NCBI GenBank assembly: GCA_964583605.1
Contig: CAZOWL010000006.1
Coordinates: 14,976-78,975 of the forward strand
Origin: an uncultured Chromatiaceae bacterium
GTDB taxonomy: Bacteria; Pseudomonadota; Gammaproteobacteria; Chromatiales; Chromatiaceae
Direction of reading: 5' to 3'
Length of the DNA: 64,000 nt
Below are positions 45,863 through 55,533 of the stretch, in pieces. The notes below the pieces were generated by a model. It searched no databases. It was not told where the DNA came from and worked only from the letters and a program-made list of their open reading frames with translations. Positions within the stretch are counted from its first letter, which is position 1; each line of letters starts with the position of its first letter. A program made the translations under genes and the position numbers.

Positions 45863-45981
45863 CTGACGATCATGGAGCGAGACGAGCCACTCCGGATGAT
45901 GACATATCGCCTCGCCCCCTGATCGTTCCCTCACCCCAGCCCTCTCCCAGAGGGTGAGCGAGCGTGCTTCGCGAGCTCCAT
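45863..45981 (+). repeat. MITE-like repeat, diverged full copy (right boundary of the lower-G+C cassette)
   Basis: CTGACGATCATGGAGCGAGACGA...TCGCCTCGCCCCCTGATCGTTCCCTCACCCCAGCCCTCTCCCAGAGGGTGAGCGAGCGTGCTTCGCGAGCTCCAT. Confidence 0.85.
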
Positions 45982-46390
45982 AGTGAGCGCGGGTCGACGC
46001 TTCCGGCTTACCTATAAGCCGCATCTCTCCTTTGGGACCTCAGCCAGCCTCGCCTAGTACGCTGGTGACACTGAAATCGCGCCTCCATCGCGCAACGACG
46101 CGAAGACGCGTCGGTGTGAAGAAATGGCGGGCTCACTGTGAGCAAGCCAACCCCTGATCCCGAAAAAGACCAACTAAACTGTTTGGAATAGTGGCCGCGG
46201 ATGCCGCTCGAGGCTGGGTCGATCCGTATGCTGGAGCTCCGGGCGACTCGATTGGTGCTTGGCAGCTCCACCAGTGGCGAGAGATCCCGACGTTTCTCTG
46301 CCCTGTTTGCGTTTTCAACCGATGCGTGCTCGCGGTTCGAGCTGAGCGGTCCTTCCCCGAAACCATCCGTAGCGACCGGAGCGTGACGCG

Positions 46391-49300
46391 ATGAGCGATA
46401 GAGACGACGGCCTGGGACTTTCGATCCCCGGCATGGTGGTCGCGGCAACGCTGCTCGGCGTGGTGTTCTTCAAGAGCGTACCGTTGGAGACGACGCGGCC
46501 AGCGCCGGAGGCCCAGCTACCCGATGCGTCGGTGACCGCCGAGCGGGCGCCGGCACGGCTTTGGGAGGATCCGTTCAATGCCGTGTATCGGCATATGCCT
46601 AATACAACAGACAGGCCGGAGGCGCCTGATACCGGCGGCGACCCGCCGGCCAACCCCGACTTCTGCTCCACTGACACCGTCGGCGCGCGGGCAGAGCGGG
46701 TCGACCCGCACGAGGCCTCGGCCCCGCCCTGCATCGCCGACCAGATCGCGCATCGCAACCAGCTCGGGCGCAAGCCGCGCATCCTGGCCGTCATGCTCCC
46801 AGGCGCGACCTCCGTCGAGTCCGGCGAGAACCGCATCCGGCGCCGCTACGCGGTCCTCTCCGCCCTGCACATCGCCGGCTTCGTTCCGGATGACGCAACC
46901 CATATTGGCTGGTTCCGTACGATCCCCGGCTCGGACCTGCCGGCGGTGATCCCCTACGAGTGGATGACCGCCACCGACGGCGCGGCCGACCCGGGCTCGG
47001 TGCTCGTCCTCTGGCTCGACGACACGCCATTTCGCCAACGTCTCCACCGGGGCCTGACCGGTCTGGTGGCCGGCATCCTGCCGAAGGACCAGCTGCCGGC
47101 GGACGGCAAGGTCGATGTGGCGGTGCTTGGGCCGTCGTCGTCCGACGGGCTGGTCGGGCTGCTGCGGGAGGCGGCTGCCATCGCCGCTCCAACAGTGGCA
47201 AGCGGCGCCCAGATGCCGGCCTACGACGCGGGCATGGCTGGCATGATCGGTTTGGCCGGCACGGGCACGATTGGAGCGACCCCCGTCTGGCCAGATCGGG
47301 CGTTCGAGATCCGTCTCGATGTGTACTCGGCAACGGCGACGGCAGCCGACGACGAGTTGTTCGATCGCGCCGGGATCGAAGGCGACGGAAGGACCGTTGC
47401 TGACTATCTGTTTTGCCGCCTCAACCTGGACCTGCACCGCACCATCGCCGACGATCGGGTCTTAGTCGAGATACTCGCCGCGGAGCTGGGCGCCCGTTTC
47501 GATCGGAGCTCCGGACCACTGCTCGGGCTGGCTATCGGCCTGCGCAAGGCAACGTCCGCGGTGCGCGAGGCTACCGTCGATCGTCTGCGCGGCACAATCC
47601 CGCCTGTGGGCTCAGGCAAGGGAGGCAAGCACGTCGTCCTGGTCTCGGAGTGGGACACCGCCTACGGCCGCTCACTGCCGATCAGTCTCTGCAAGGCCCT
47701 CGAGGCCGAGCTCGGTAAGACGACCCCCTGCGCTCACGTCGACCAGCGTGGGGCCGGCTACCCGGCAGGAGAAAGTGAGTCGCAGGGAGGAGCGGACTTG
47801 CCCTGGGTGCATCGCTTCACCTACATGCGCGGCCTCGACGGGACCTTGGGGGCGACCGGGGGGCACGCCGGTGATCACTCGCTTGCCGACGCACTGGCCG
47901 AGTCGGCCCAAGGTACGCCGCAGCTCGACTACCTGCGGCGACTCGCCGGCCGCCTCGTCTCGCTGGAGCGAGGCTTGCCCAGTGGCCACTCGATCGCGGC
48001 TGTGGGTATCCTCGGCAGCGATATACACGACAAGCTGCTCATCCTGCAGGCCCTGCGACCAGCGTTCCAGGGTGCGGTGTTCTTCACGACGGACCTGGAC
48101 GCACGACTCTACGAGCCGGCACAGCTGCAGTGGACACGGGGCCTGGTGGTCGCCACCGGCTTCGGTCTGCAGCTCGAGGGAGCCACGGGTGCGGCGCCGA
48201 CGGGCATCGATTGCCAGGATTCGATCCCGCCGTTTCGCAGCGGCTACCAGACTGCGTTCTTCTACGCGGCGCGCGAGGCGCTCGGTGCCCTACCGGAGGC
48301 CTGCCGACTCGGCACCGAGCCGGGCTATCGCCAGGTTGAGGCAGCCGGCCAGGCGCCAGCGCCGGCCCGGCTGTTCGAGATCGGGCGCACGGGTCCGGTC
48401 GCGCTGATCCCGCCGAGGCCCGCGGGTGACGACCAAGGGGCCGATCCTGCCTCATCCGCGCCGGGCGCTCGTGCCCTTGGTAAGCAGGACACGGGCCAGG
48501 CCCGGCTCAACGCCTGGCTTGACGTACTCCTGCTGCTGGTGATGGGCTGGGGCCTGTTTCTGGTCTTCTACCACCGGCATGTGCCCCTCTGGTGGGGGGC
48601 GCTGGGCCAAAGGCTGCGCCGATCCCCGCTCGGCACCAGCCTCGGCCTGATCCTGGCCCTGTTGGCGCTCGGCGGTCTGTTGGCTTGGCTCTGGCGCGAT
48701 CTGGAGGTGCTCGCCTGTCCCCTTGCCCTCGATGCGACGGCCTGTGCCGAGCCGTTCAGCGTCACCAGCGGCATCAGCATCTGGGCGCCTGTCTACCTGC
48801 AGCTGTTGGCCGTGGTGCTGTCGGCGCTGTTCATCGCCCGCGTGCTGGTGCGGTTTCGCGCCAACATGCTTGGCCTCTCGAGCCGGTATTTCCTTGGCCG
48901 GGGCTGTGGGATCGAAAGACGACCTGCGCCAGCCGGGCTGTGGGCGGCGTCGCATGCGGAGCTGCGGCACTGGGCGCAAGTAGGGCTGCGCTGGCTCCGG
49001 CGTCCGGGCTGGGACCGAGCCGACAGCTTGGCGGATCAGGTCTCGGCGAGGGCCGACACCGCGGCGGATACAGGGCACCCTAGCGAGCCGCTGGATACCG
49101 ACGATGCGCTGAGGCTCTGGCTACAGTACTGTCGGCGATCGCGATTCTGGTGGCGGGTGCTGCGCGTCGTGGCCCTGTCCATCCTGCTGTTCGCTGTCGT
49201 GGTTGCTCTGTATTGGGCGACCGGGGGCGGTGGCAACAGCCCGGTCCGCGATGCTGAGCTCGCCCGGATCTTCCTGGAGCTACGGCTCCTCGGCGTGCTC

Positions 49301-49897
49301 CTCGGCGGCATGCTCGCCTTAGCCGTGCTGGACATCGCGCTGGAGTGCCGGCGCTTCATCGACCAGCTTTCGCGTGCCTCGGTCGCCGAGGAGCCGGCGC
49401 GTTGGCCGAGCCAGGTTGCCGCCGGCTTCCAGGCTAACCTGCACCTGGACCCCGCCCGGCTATCGCCTTGGATCGCGCTCAGCGTGATCTCCGAGCACGC
49501 GGACCTGGTCATGCGCCTGGTAGTCTATCCGCTGATCGTGCTCGTGGTCCTGGTGGTCGCCCGGCTGCCCTGGCTCGACACCACCAGCCTGCCGCCGAGC
49601 ATCCTCATCGTCTACCTGGTCTTCGCCTTCTACATCTTTTTCGTCGCCGTCGGCATCCAACGCGCGGCGAACGGGGCCAAGGCCCGAACCCGCGAGCACT
49701 ACCAGACCCTGCTTGACGGCAACCGGAACGCCCCAGTCGAGGATCCCAAGACCAACACCCAGCTTGAATGTCTGATCCGCCAGGTCTCCGAGCTGCACGA
49801 CGGTGCCTTCAAGCCGCTGCCGGCACGGCCGCTCGTGCGCATGGCGCTGCTGCCGTTCGGGGCGCTTGGGGTGGGGCTGTTGGAGTTGTTCGGCTAA
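46391..49897 (+). CDS. Orphan 1168-aa polytopic membrane protein of unknown function
   Basis: Uninterrupted ORF with native-like G+C. One N-terminal TM (IPGMVVAATLLGVVFF) is followed by a ~650-aa soluble region with alternating strand/helix blocks (RILAVMLPG, VDVAVLGPSSSDG, HVVLVSEWDTAYGRS, AAVGILGSDIHDKLLILQAL, AVFFTTDLDARL). At least 7 further TM helices and a conserved-looking tail (GAFKPLPARPLVRMALLPFGALGVG) follow. I recognise no family motif. Confidence 0.75.
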   Translation: MSDRDDGLGLSIPGMVVAATLLGVVFFKSVPLETTRPAPEAQLPDASVTAERAPARLWEDPFNAVYRHMPNTTDRPEAPDTGGDPPANPDFCSTDTVGARAERVDPHEASAPPCIADQIAHRNQLGRKPRILAVMLPGATSVESGENRIRRRYAVLSALHIAGFVPDDATHIGWFRTIPGSDLPAVIPYEWMTATDGAADPGSVLVLWLDDTPFRQRLHRGLTGLVAGILPKDQLPADGKVDVAVLGPSSSDGLVGLLREAAAIAAPTVASGAQMPAYDAGMAGMIGLAGTGTIGATPVWPDRAFEIRLDVYSATATAADDELFDRAGIEGDGRTVADYLFCRLNLDLHRTIADDRVLVEILAAELGARFDRSSGPLLGLAIGLRKATSAVREATVDRLRGTIPPVGSGKGGKHVVLVSEWDTAYGRSLPISLCKALEAELGKTTPCAHVDQRGAGYPAGESESQGGADLPWVHRFTYMRGLDGTLGATGGHAGDHSLADALAESAQGTPQLDYLRRLAGRLVSLERGLPSGHSIAAVGILGSDIHDKLLILQALRPAFQGAVFFTTDLDARLYEPAQLQWTRGLVVATGFGLQLEGATGAAPTGIDCQDSIPPFRSGYQTAFFYAAREALGALPEACRLGTEPGYRQVEAAGQAPAPARLFEIGRTGPVALIPPRPAGDDQGADPASSAPGARALGKQDTGQARLNAWLDVLLLLVMGWGLFLVFYHRHVPLWWGALGQRLRRSPLGTSLGLILALLALGGLLAWLWRDLEVLACPLALDATACAEPFSVTSGISIWAPVYLQLLAVVLSALFIARVLVRFRANMLGLSSRYFLGRGCGIERRPAPAGLWAASHAELRHWAQVGLRWLRRPGWDRADSLADQVSARADTAADTGHPSEPLDTDDALRLWLQYCRRSRFWWRVLRVVALSILLFAVVVALYWATGGGGNSPVRDAELARIFLELRLLGVLLGGMLALAVLDIALECRRFIDQLSRASVAEEPARWPSQVAAGFQANLHLDPARLSPWIALSVISEHADLVMRLVVYPLIVLVVLVVARLPWLDTTSLPPSILIVYLVFAFYIFFVAVGIQRAANGAKARTREHYQTLLDGNRNAPVEDPKTNTQLECLIRQVSELHDGAFKPLPARPLVRMALLPFGALGVGLLELFG

Positions 49898-50015
49898 CGA
49901 TCATGGGGCGAGGCGAGCCACCCCCGACCATGAAACGTCGCCTCGCCCCTGATCGTTCCCTCACCCCAACCCTCTCCCAGAAGGCGAGGGAGCGAACGTG
50001 CTGCGCGAATTTCAT
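49894..50015 (+). repeat. MITE-like repeat, full copy (first of a tandem pair)
   Basis: CTAACGATCATGGGGCGAGGCGA...TCGCCTCGCCCCTGATCGTTCCCTCACCCCAACCCTCTCCCAGAAGGCGAGGGAGCGAACGTGCTGCGCGAATTTCAT. It contains the TAA stop (49895-49897) of the 1168-aa ORF. Confidence 0.9.
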
Positions 50016-50016
50016 G

Positions 50017-50138
50017 GTAACGATCATGGGGCGAGCCGAGCCACCCCGGATGATGAAAGCTCGCCTCGCCCCTGATCGTTCCCTCACCCCAGCCCTCTCC
50101 CAGAGGGCGTGGGGGCGAACGTGCTTCGCGAGCTTCAT
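50017..50138 (+). repeat. MITE-like repeat, full copy (second of a tandem pair)
   Basis: GTAACGATCATGGGGCGAGCCGA...CTCGCCTCGCCCCTGATCGTTCCCTCACCCCAGCCCTCTCCCAGAGGGCGTGGGGGCGAACGTGCTTCGCGAGCTTCAT. Confidence 0.9.
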
Positions 50139-50512
50139 AGTAGGTGCCGCCGCCACTGGAGACGCTGTTTGATCGCGTGGCCAACGCATGGCGTCAGTGC
50201 AAAATGACACAGAGCGCCGCATATATCTTCGTCACACGTGGATTTGCCGTCGCGATGCATGCCCCTCGCGCCCGATCGCTGTGTTGCGCCTCCTCTCCAT
50301 GGGGCCCGCTACGCCTCGTCGGCACGCCTGGCGCTCGGGCCCGATTGGCGCACCGCGCCTGCCGCAAGAGCCATGCGCGACGGGCATAGCTTTCGAGTAA
50401 CATCTCGGTCGCGGCCGGTTGACGAAGAGCAGCTCGGGTACGCCAGTGGTCTGTCGGCCATTATTGCGTAGCGTCAACGGGCCTCAACGACCATCTTGTG
50501 GAGACCCCACCC

Positions 50513-51295
50513 ATGGCGAACTTTGGCAACCTCCTCGGGACTTTCTTGCAGTCGAATATGGCCCAGTCGGGTCAGCAGCGTATGGCCCATGCGGCACAGG
50601 ATCTCCAAACTAGCCTTGGGTCGCTCGGCGCCGGTCAGGGCGGCGCAGGCGGGCTCCTCGGCGGGCTGTTGGATATGGCCAAGGGCGGCTTGAGCAGTGC
50701 CGGGCAGAATCCGCTGCAGGCCGGCGGCATCGGGGCAGCACTCGGGTCCGTGCTCGGCGGTGGCGGGGATTCGGTGAAAGGGGCCCTGACGGGTGGCGCC
50801 CTGGCGATGCTCGCCGGCGTCGCCTTCAAGGCGCTGAATCAGGCCGAGCGTGGCGGGGCAACCAATGTCGGCGACGCCGCGCCGCTCAGTGCCGGGGCCC
50901 TGCCGCTCGGGCTGAAGCCACCGGAGACACCGGCTGAGCAACAGGTACTCAACACGAAGACCCAACTGATCGTGAAGGGCATGATCAACATCGCCAAATC
51001 GGACGGTCAGGTCGGCCTCGACGAGCTGCAGCGGATCATCGGGAAGGCCGAGGACCTCGGCGCTGACGATAAGGATTGGCTGATGGCCGAGCTGCAGCAG
51101 CCGCTCAATCTGGATGCGTTCGTGGCCGAGATCCCCAACCAAGAGGTCGCGGCCGAGGTCTATGCGGCGTCCCTGCTCGCCGTGGAAGTCGACACACCGC
51201 AGGAGCAGGACTATCTCAGGCTTTTTGCCGAGAAGACGGGGCTGCATCCCCTCGTGGTTCAGCACATCCATCAGGCGATGGGGGTGGCGGTCTGA
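50513..51295 (+). CDS. DUF533 / TerB-family (YebE-like) protein
   Basis: MANFGNLLGTFL..., a Gly-rich region (GGLLGGLLDMAKGG), one TM (GGALAMLAGVAFKAL) and a C-terminal TerB-like module (MINIAKSDGQVGLDELQRI...EVYAASLLAVEVDTPQEQDYLRLFAEKTGL). Confidence 0.75.
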   Translation: MANFGNLLGTFLQSNMAQSGQQRMAHAAQDLQTSLGSLGAGQGGAGGLLGGLLDMAKGGLSSAGQNPLQAGGIGAALGSVLGGGGDSVKGALTGGALAMLAGVAFKALNQAERGGATNVGDAAPLSAGALPLGLKPPETPAEQQVLNTKTQLIVKGMINIAKSDGQVGLDELQRIIGKAEDLGADDKDWLMAELQQPLNLDAFVAEIPNQEVAAEVYAASLLAVEVDTPQEQDYLRLFAEKTGLHPLVVQHIHQAMGVAV

Positions 51296-51415
51296 GGGGC
51301 CGGCCGGTATCGAGCCTAGCTGAGAGGATGCAGGTTCCTCTTGCTGCCGCGCTAGGGCTCAGGCCACAGAGCGGCATGCAAGGCGCTCGATTCGCAGAGC
51401 GAGTGCGGGCCTGGG

Positions 51416-54400
51416 TCAGCCGACCCAGGCCCTGGCGTTGCGGAACAGGCGCAGCCACGGGCCGTCGGGCCCCCAGTCTCGCGGGCACCACGAGTGCTGG
51501 ACGGTGCGGAACAGCCGCTCGGGGTGCGGCATCATGATGGTTACGCGTCCATCGCCGGCGGTCAGGCCCGTGATCCCTTCGGGCGAGCCGTTGGGATTGG
51601 CCGGATAGCGCTCGGCCGGCAGGCCATCGTGCTCGATATAACGCATGACGGTCTGCGCCCGGCACGCGCCCAGCTGATCGGCGCCGTGCAGATCAGCTCG
51701 GCCCTCACCATGGGACACGACGATGGGTAGACGGGAGCCCGCCATGCCGGCGAGCAGGATCGACGGCGATGGGCAGACCTCCACCATGACCAGTCGTGCC
51801 TCGAACTGCTCCGAGCGATTGCGCAGAAATTGCGGCCAGCATTCCGCCCCCGGGATCAGCTCACGGAGTCCTGAGAGCATCTGACAGCCGTTGCAGACCC
51901 CGAGGGCGAAGGTATCGGGGCGATCGAAGAAGGCTGCAAAGGCCTCGCGAGCTTGCACGTTGAACAAGATGCTCTTCGCCCATCCGCCGCCGGCACCGAG
52001 GACATCTCCGAACGAGAAGCCGCCACAGGCGGCCAGGCCGCGAAACGCGGCCAGATCCCACCGACCGGCGATCAGATCGGACATGTGGACATCGATGGCC
52101 TCGAAGCCCGCTTTGGCGAAGGCGGCGGCCATCTCGACCTGACCATTGACTCCCTGCTCGCGCAGGACCGCAACCGCTGGCCGCGCGCCGGTTCCGAGAT
52201 AGGGCGCCGAGATATCGTGCTGGGGATCGAAGGAGAGCTGCGCGAAGAGGCCCGGATCCGCGGGATCCGCGATCCGCTCAAACTCCTCGGTGGCGCACTT
52301 GGGATCGTCACGTAACGACTGCAGGGCATGACTCGTCTCGGACCAGACTTGCTGCAGCCGCGCGCGTCCGGCCTCCAGCAGCGTGAGCGCGCCGCGCCGG
52401 ACGCGGATCTGGTCGTTCGACTCGACCGCGCCGACGATCCGACTGCACATCCCCAGGCCGTGCTCGTCGAGGATCGCCAGTGCGCGCTCCGTGTCGCTGC
52501 GTCGCACCTGCAGCAAGGCGCCCAGCTCCTCGGCGAACAGGGCCGCCAGGTCGTCCGCGCCAAGCCCCTCGAGGTCGAGGGTCAGCCCGCAGCGGCCGGC
52601 AAAGGCCATCTCGCAGGCCGCGACGATCAGCCCGCCGTCGGAGCGGTCATGATAGGCGAGCAGCAGTCCTTCCGAACGCAGGGCCTGGATGGCCGCAAAG
52701 AGCCCCCGCAACAGGGCCGGATCATCGAGATCGGGCGGTGCGTCGCCCAGTTGATCGAAGACCTGCGCAAGACAGGACCCCCCGAGGCGGTTGCGTCCCT
52801 CGGCCAGGTGAACCAACATCAGATCGGTCGGCCCACAGTCGGTGCGAAGCTCCGGCGTCAAGGTGTCGCGGGCATCGCTGACCGGGGCGAAGGCCGAGAC
52901 GATCAGCGACAGCGGGGCCGCCATCTCCCGGGGCTCGCCGCCCTCGGTCTGCCAGACGGTCTTCATGCTCATCGAGTCCTTGCCGACTGGGATCGCGATC
53001 CCAAGCGCCGGACACAGCTCCTGCCCAACGGCCCGCACAGTATCGAAGAGGCGTGCGTCCTCCCCCGGATGCCCGGCGGCGACCATCCAGTTCGCCGACA
53101 GCTTGATCTCACCAAGGGCCGCGATCGCGGCGGCGGCGATATTCGTGATCGCCTCGCCGACGGCCATCCGCCCGGAGGCCGGCGCATCGAGCAACGCGAC
53201 AGGGGTGCGCTCGCCGATGGTCATCGCCTCGCCGCGATAACCCTGATAATCGCTCAAGGTGACGGCCACATCGGCGACTGGCACCTGCCAAGGGCCAACC
53301 ATCTGATCGCGCGCGACCAGCCCTGTCACGGTGCGGTCGCCGATCGTGATCAGGAAGGCCTTGTTGGCCACCGTTGGGAACCGTAAGACGCGCAGCAAGG
53401 CCTCCTCCAGGTCCATCGGGCTGCGGTCGAGCGTGAGCCGCGGCACCATGGCCCGCGTGACGTTGCGCAGCATCTTTGGCGGCTTGCCGAATAGCAGCGA
53501 CAACGGGAGGTCGATCGGCCGGTCACCGAAATGGCTGTCCTCCAGGACCAGCTCGTCCGCTTCGCTCGCGCTTCCTACGACGGCATAGGGACAGCGCTCA
53601 CGCTCGCAGATGGCGCGGAACATCTCGAGACGCTCGCGGGCGACGGCGAGCACATAACGCTCTTGGGCCTCGTTGCACCAGATCTCGAGCGGTGACAGCG
53701 CCGGATCCGCGCTCGGTACGGCCCGCAGCGCGATGCGCCCGCCGCGGCCGGCGTCATGGGCCAGCTCGGGCAACGCATTGGCGAGTCCGCCGGCGCCGAC
53801 GTCGTGGATGAACAGGATCGGATTGGCCTCGCCGTGTGCCCAACAACGATCGATCACCTCCTGGCAGCGCCGCTGCATCTCAGGATTGGCACGCTGCACC
53901 GAGGCGAAATCGAGATCCTCGGCCGAGGTCCCCGTCGCCTGGCTCGAGGCCGCGCCGCCGCCCAGACCGATCAGCATCGCGGGTCCCCCCAACACCACCA
54001 AGGGCGTGTCTGGTGGGAAGGGTCGCTTCGCCACATGCTCGGCGCGGATATTGCCGAGTCCCCCGGCAAGCATGATCGGCTTGTGATAGCCGCGGAGCTC
54101 TGTGCCATCAGGACCGGGTACCTCCTGCTCGAAGGTGCGGAAATAGCCCGCCAGATTCGGCCGGCCGAATTCGTTGTTGAAGGCCGCCGCCCCGATCGGC
54201 CCCTCGAGCATGATGTCGAGCGCCGAGACGATCCGGCCCGGTCGCCCGAAGTCTCGCTCCCATGGCTGCTCGCTGCCCGGGATACGCAGATTCGAGACCG
54301 AGAAGCCGGTGAGCCCGGCCTTGGGCTTGGCGCCGAGGCCGGTTGCGCCCTCGTCGCGGATCTCCCCGCCCGCCCCGGTTGCGGCGCCGGGATCGGGCGC

Positions 54401-55309
54401 GATCGCGGTCGGGTGGTTGTGCGTCTCCACCTTCATCAGGATGTGGATGTGTTCCGCCCGCTCGACGTAGCAGCCCGTCTCGGGGTCGACCAAGAACCGC
54501 TGTCCGGGCCGACCACGGATCACGGCCGCGTTGTCCCGGTAGGCGGAGAGGATGTCCGCCGGGGATTCTTCCGTGCTGCGGCGGATCATCGCGAATAGCG
54601 AGCGATCTTGGGCCACGCCGTCGATGATCCAGTCGGCGTTGAAGATCTTGTGGCGACAATGCTCCGAGTTGGCCTGCGCGAACATCATGAGCTCAACATC
54701 GGTCGGATTGCGCCGCAGCCCGAGGAAGCTGTCGACGAGGTAATCGATCTCGTCACCCGACAGGGCGAGCCCGAGCACAGCGTTCGCCTGCTCCAGCGCA
54801 CCCCGCCCACCACCCAGCAAGTCGATGACGATCAGCGCCCGCGGCTCCGCCGCGACGAAGAGACGACCGGCGTCAGCGAGGTCGAACAGCGCGGTCTGAG
54901 TCATGCGGTCGTGCAGCAAGGCCGCGGCGGACCGTCGCCAGTCGTGGCCCTGAGGCATGGGATCCGGACTCAGATAGAAGGCCGTCCCGCGCTCGAGCCG
55001 CTCGACCTTGTGCAACCCGCAGCGCCGGGCGATCTCGGTCGCCTTTGTCGACCAAGGCGAGATCGTCCCGGGGCGTGGTACGACCAGGATCAGCTCACCG
55101 CTCGGCTCGTTGGCTGGCTGGGAGGCGCCGTATTGAAGCAGTCGGTTGAGGAGATTGCGCTCGGATGTGGTCAAATCCTCGCTCAGGGCCGCGAAGTGAG
55201 CCAGCTCGGCCTGCACCCTGACTGGCTGGCCAAGGGCCTCGTTCAGGCGTCGTTCGATCTTGTCGATGCGGAATGTGGAAAGGGCGGGCGAGCCCCGGAG
55301 AACGAGCAT
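51416..55309 (-). CDS. purL: Phosphoribosylformylglycinamidine synthase (single-chain, large type)
   Basis: 1297 aa. The N-terminus [22 protein letters not shown] parallels E. coli Pur[26 protein letters not shown] is present, along with a C-terminal glutaminase with GVCNGCQML and HGEGR. Confidence 0.95.
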   Translation of the reverse strand: MLVLRGSPALSTFRIDKIERRLNEALGQPVRVQAELAHFAALSEDLTTSERNLLNRLLQYGASQPANEPSGELILVVPRPGTISPWSTKATEIARRCGLHKVERLERGTAFYLSPDPMPQGHDWRRSAAALLHDRMTQTALFDLADAGRLFVAAEPRALIVIDLLGGGRGALEQANAVLGLALSGDEIDYLVDSFLGLRRNPTDVELMMFAQANSEHCRHKIFNADWIIDGVAQDRSLFAMIRRSTEESPADILSAYRDNAAVIRGRPGQRFLVDPETGCYVERAEHIHILMKVETHNHPTAIAPDPGAATGAGGEIRDEGATGLGAKPKAGLTGFSVSNLRIPGSEQPWERDFGRPGRIVSALDIMLEGPIGAAAFNNEFGRPNLAGYFRTFEQEVPGPDGTELRGYHKPIMLAGGLGNIRAEHVAKRPFPPDTPLVVLGGPAMLIGLGGGAASSQATGTSAEDLDFASVQRANPEMQRRCQEVIDRCWAHGEANPILFIHDVGAGGLANALPELAHDAGRGGRIALRAVPSADPALSPLEIWCNEAQERYVLAVARERLEMFRAICERERCPYAVVGSASEADELVLEDSHFGDRPIDLPLSLLFGKPPKMLRNVTRAMVPRLTLDRSPMDLEEALLRVLRFPTVANKAFLITIGDRTVTGLVARDQMVGPWQVPVADVAVTLSDYQGYRGEAMTIGERTPVALLDAPASGRMAVGEAITNIAAAAIAALGEIKLSANWMVAAGHPGEDARLFDTVRAVGQELCPALGIAIPVGKDSMSMKTVWQTEGGEPREMAAPLSLIVSAFAPVSDARDTLTPELRTDCGPTDLMLVHLAEGRNRLGGSCLAQVFDQLGDAPPDLDDPALLRGLFAAIQALRSEGLLLAYHDRSDGGLIVAACEMAFAGRCGLTLDLEGLGADDLAALFAEELGALLQVRRSDTERALAILDEHGLGMCSRIVGAVESNDQIRVRRGALTLLEAGRARLQQVWSETSHALQSLRDDPKCATEEFERIADPADPGLFAQLSFDPQHDISAPYLGTGARPAVAVLREQGVNGQVEMAAAFAKAGFEAIDVHMSDLIAGRWDLAAFRGLAACGGFSFGDVLGAGGGWAKSILFNVQAREAFAAFFDRPDTFALGVCNGCQMLSGLRELIPGAECWPQFLRNRSEQFEARLVMVEVCPSPSILLAGMAGSRLPIVVSHGEGRADLHGADQLGACRAQTVMRYIEHDGLPAERYPANPNGSPEGITGLTAGDGRVTIMMPHPERLFRTVQHSWCPRDWGPDGPWLRLFRNARAWVG

Positions 55310-55380
55310 CGGAGGGTCTCTCTGTGGTGACTGACGAACCTAATGCTGCGAGGAGAACCTGAGACCGGTCGGACATGATC

Positions 55381-55497
55381 GGTCCGCTGAGCGGACCACT
55401 CGCGCCCGCCATCGCCATTGGGAATGGTCCGCACAGCGGACCCTTCTACGGGCCTCGCGCCGGACATCACGACCGGGGATGGTCCGCACAGCGGACC
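55381..55497. repeat. Three REP-like 17-bp palindromes (GGTCCGC-NNN-GCGGACC)
   Basis: GGTCCGCTGAGCGGACC at 55381-55397, and GGTCCGCACAGCGGACC at 55426-55442 and 55481-55497. Each is preceded by ATG(A/G)-type flanks. They lie in the spacer between the GH31 stop and the purL start. Confidence 0.8.
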
Positions 55498-55533
55498 CAC
55501 GGGTGGTGGCCTCAAAATCTTCGCGCTGCAGCG

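Noticed and set aside
45982-46390. Possible small genes or gene relics in the 400-bp region upstream of the 1168-aa ORF (track ORFs 46133-46366, 46191-46394, 46201-46386).
   Set aside because: The translations have no recognisable similarity, no RBS and mutually overlapping frames. Only short local hairpins were seen (for example CGACGCG-AAGA-CGCGTCG). It is left as untranslated leader or promoter region.
5862-50138. Possibility that the recurring ~120-bp element represents a CRISPR array or an integron attC series.
   Set aside because: Copies are scattered 3-10 kb apart, in both orientations and without regular spacers. Only two loci are tandem. There are no cas or intI genes. The structure (two different hairpins plus a tail) fits a MITE/BIME-like repeat.
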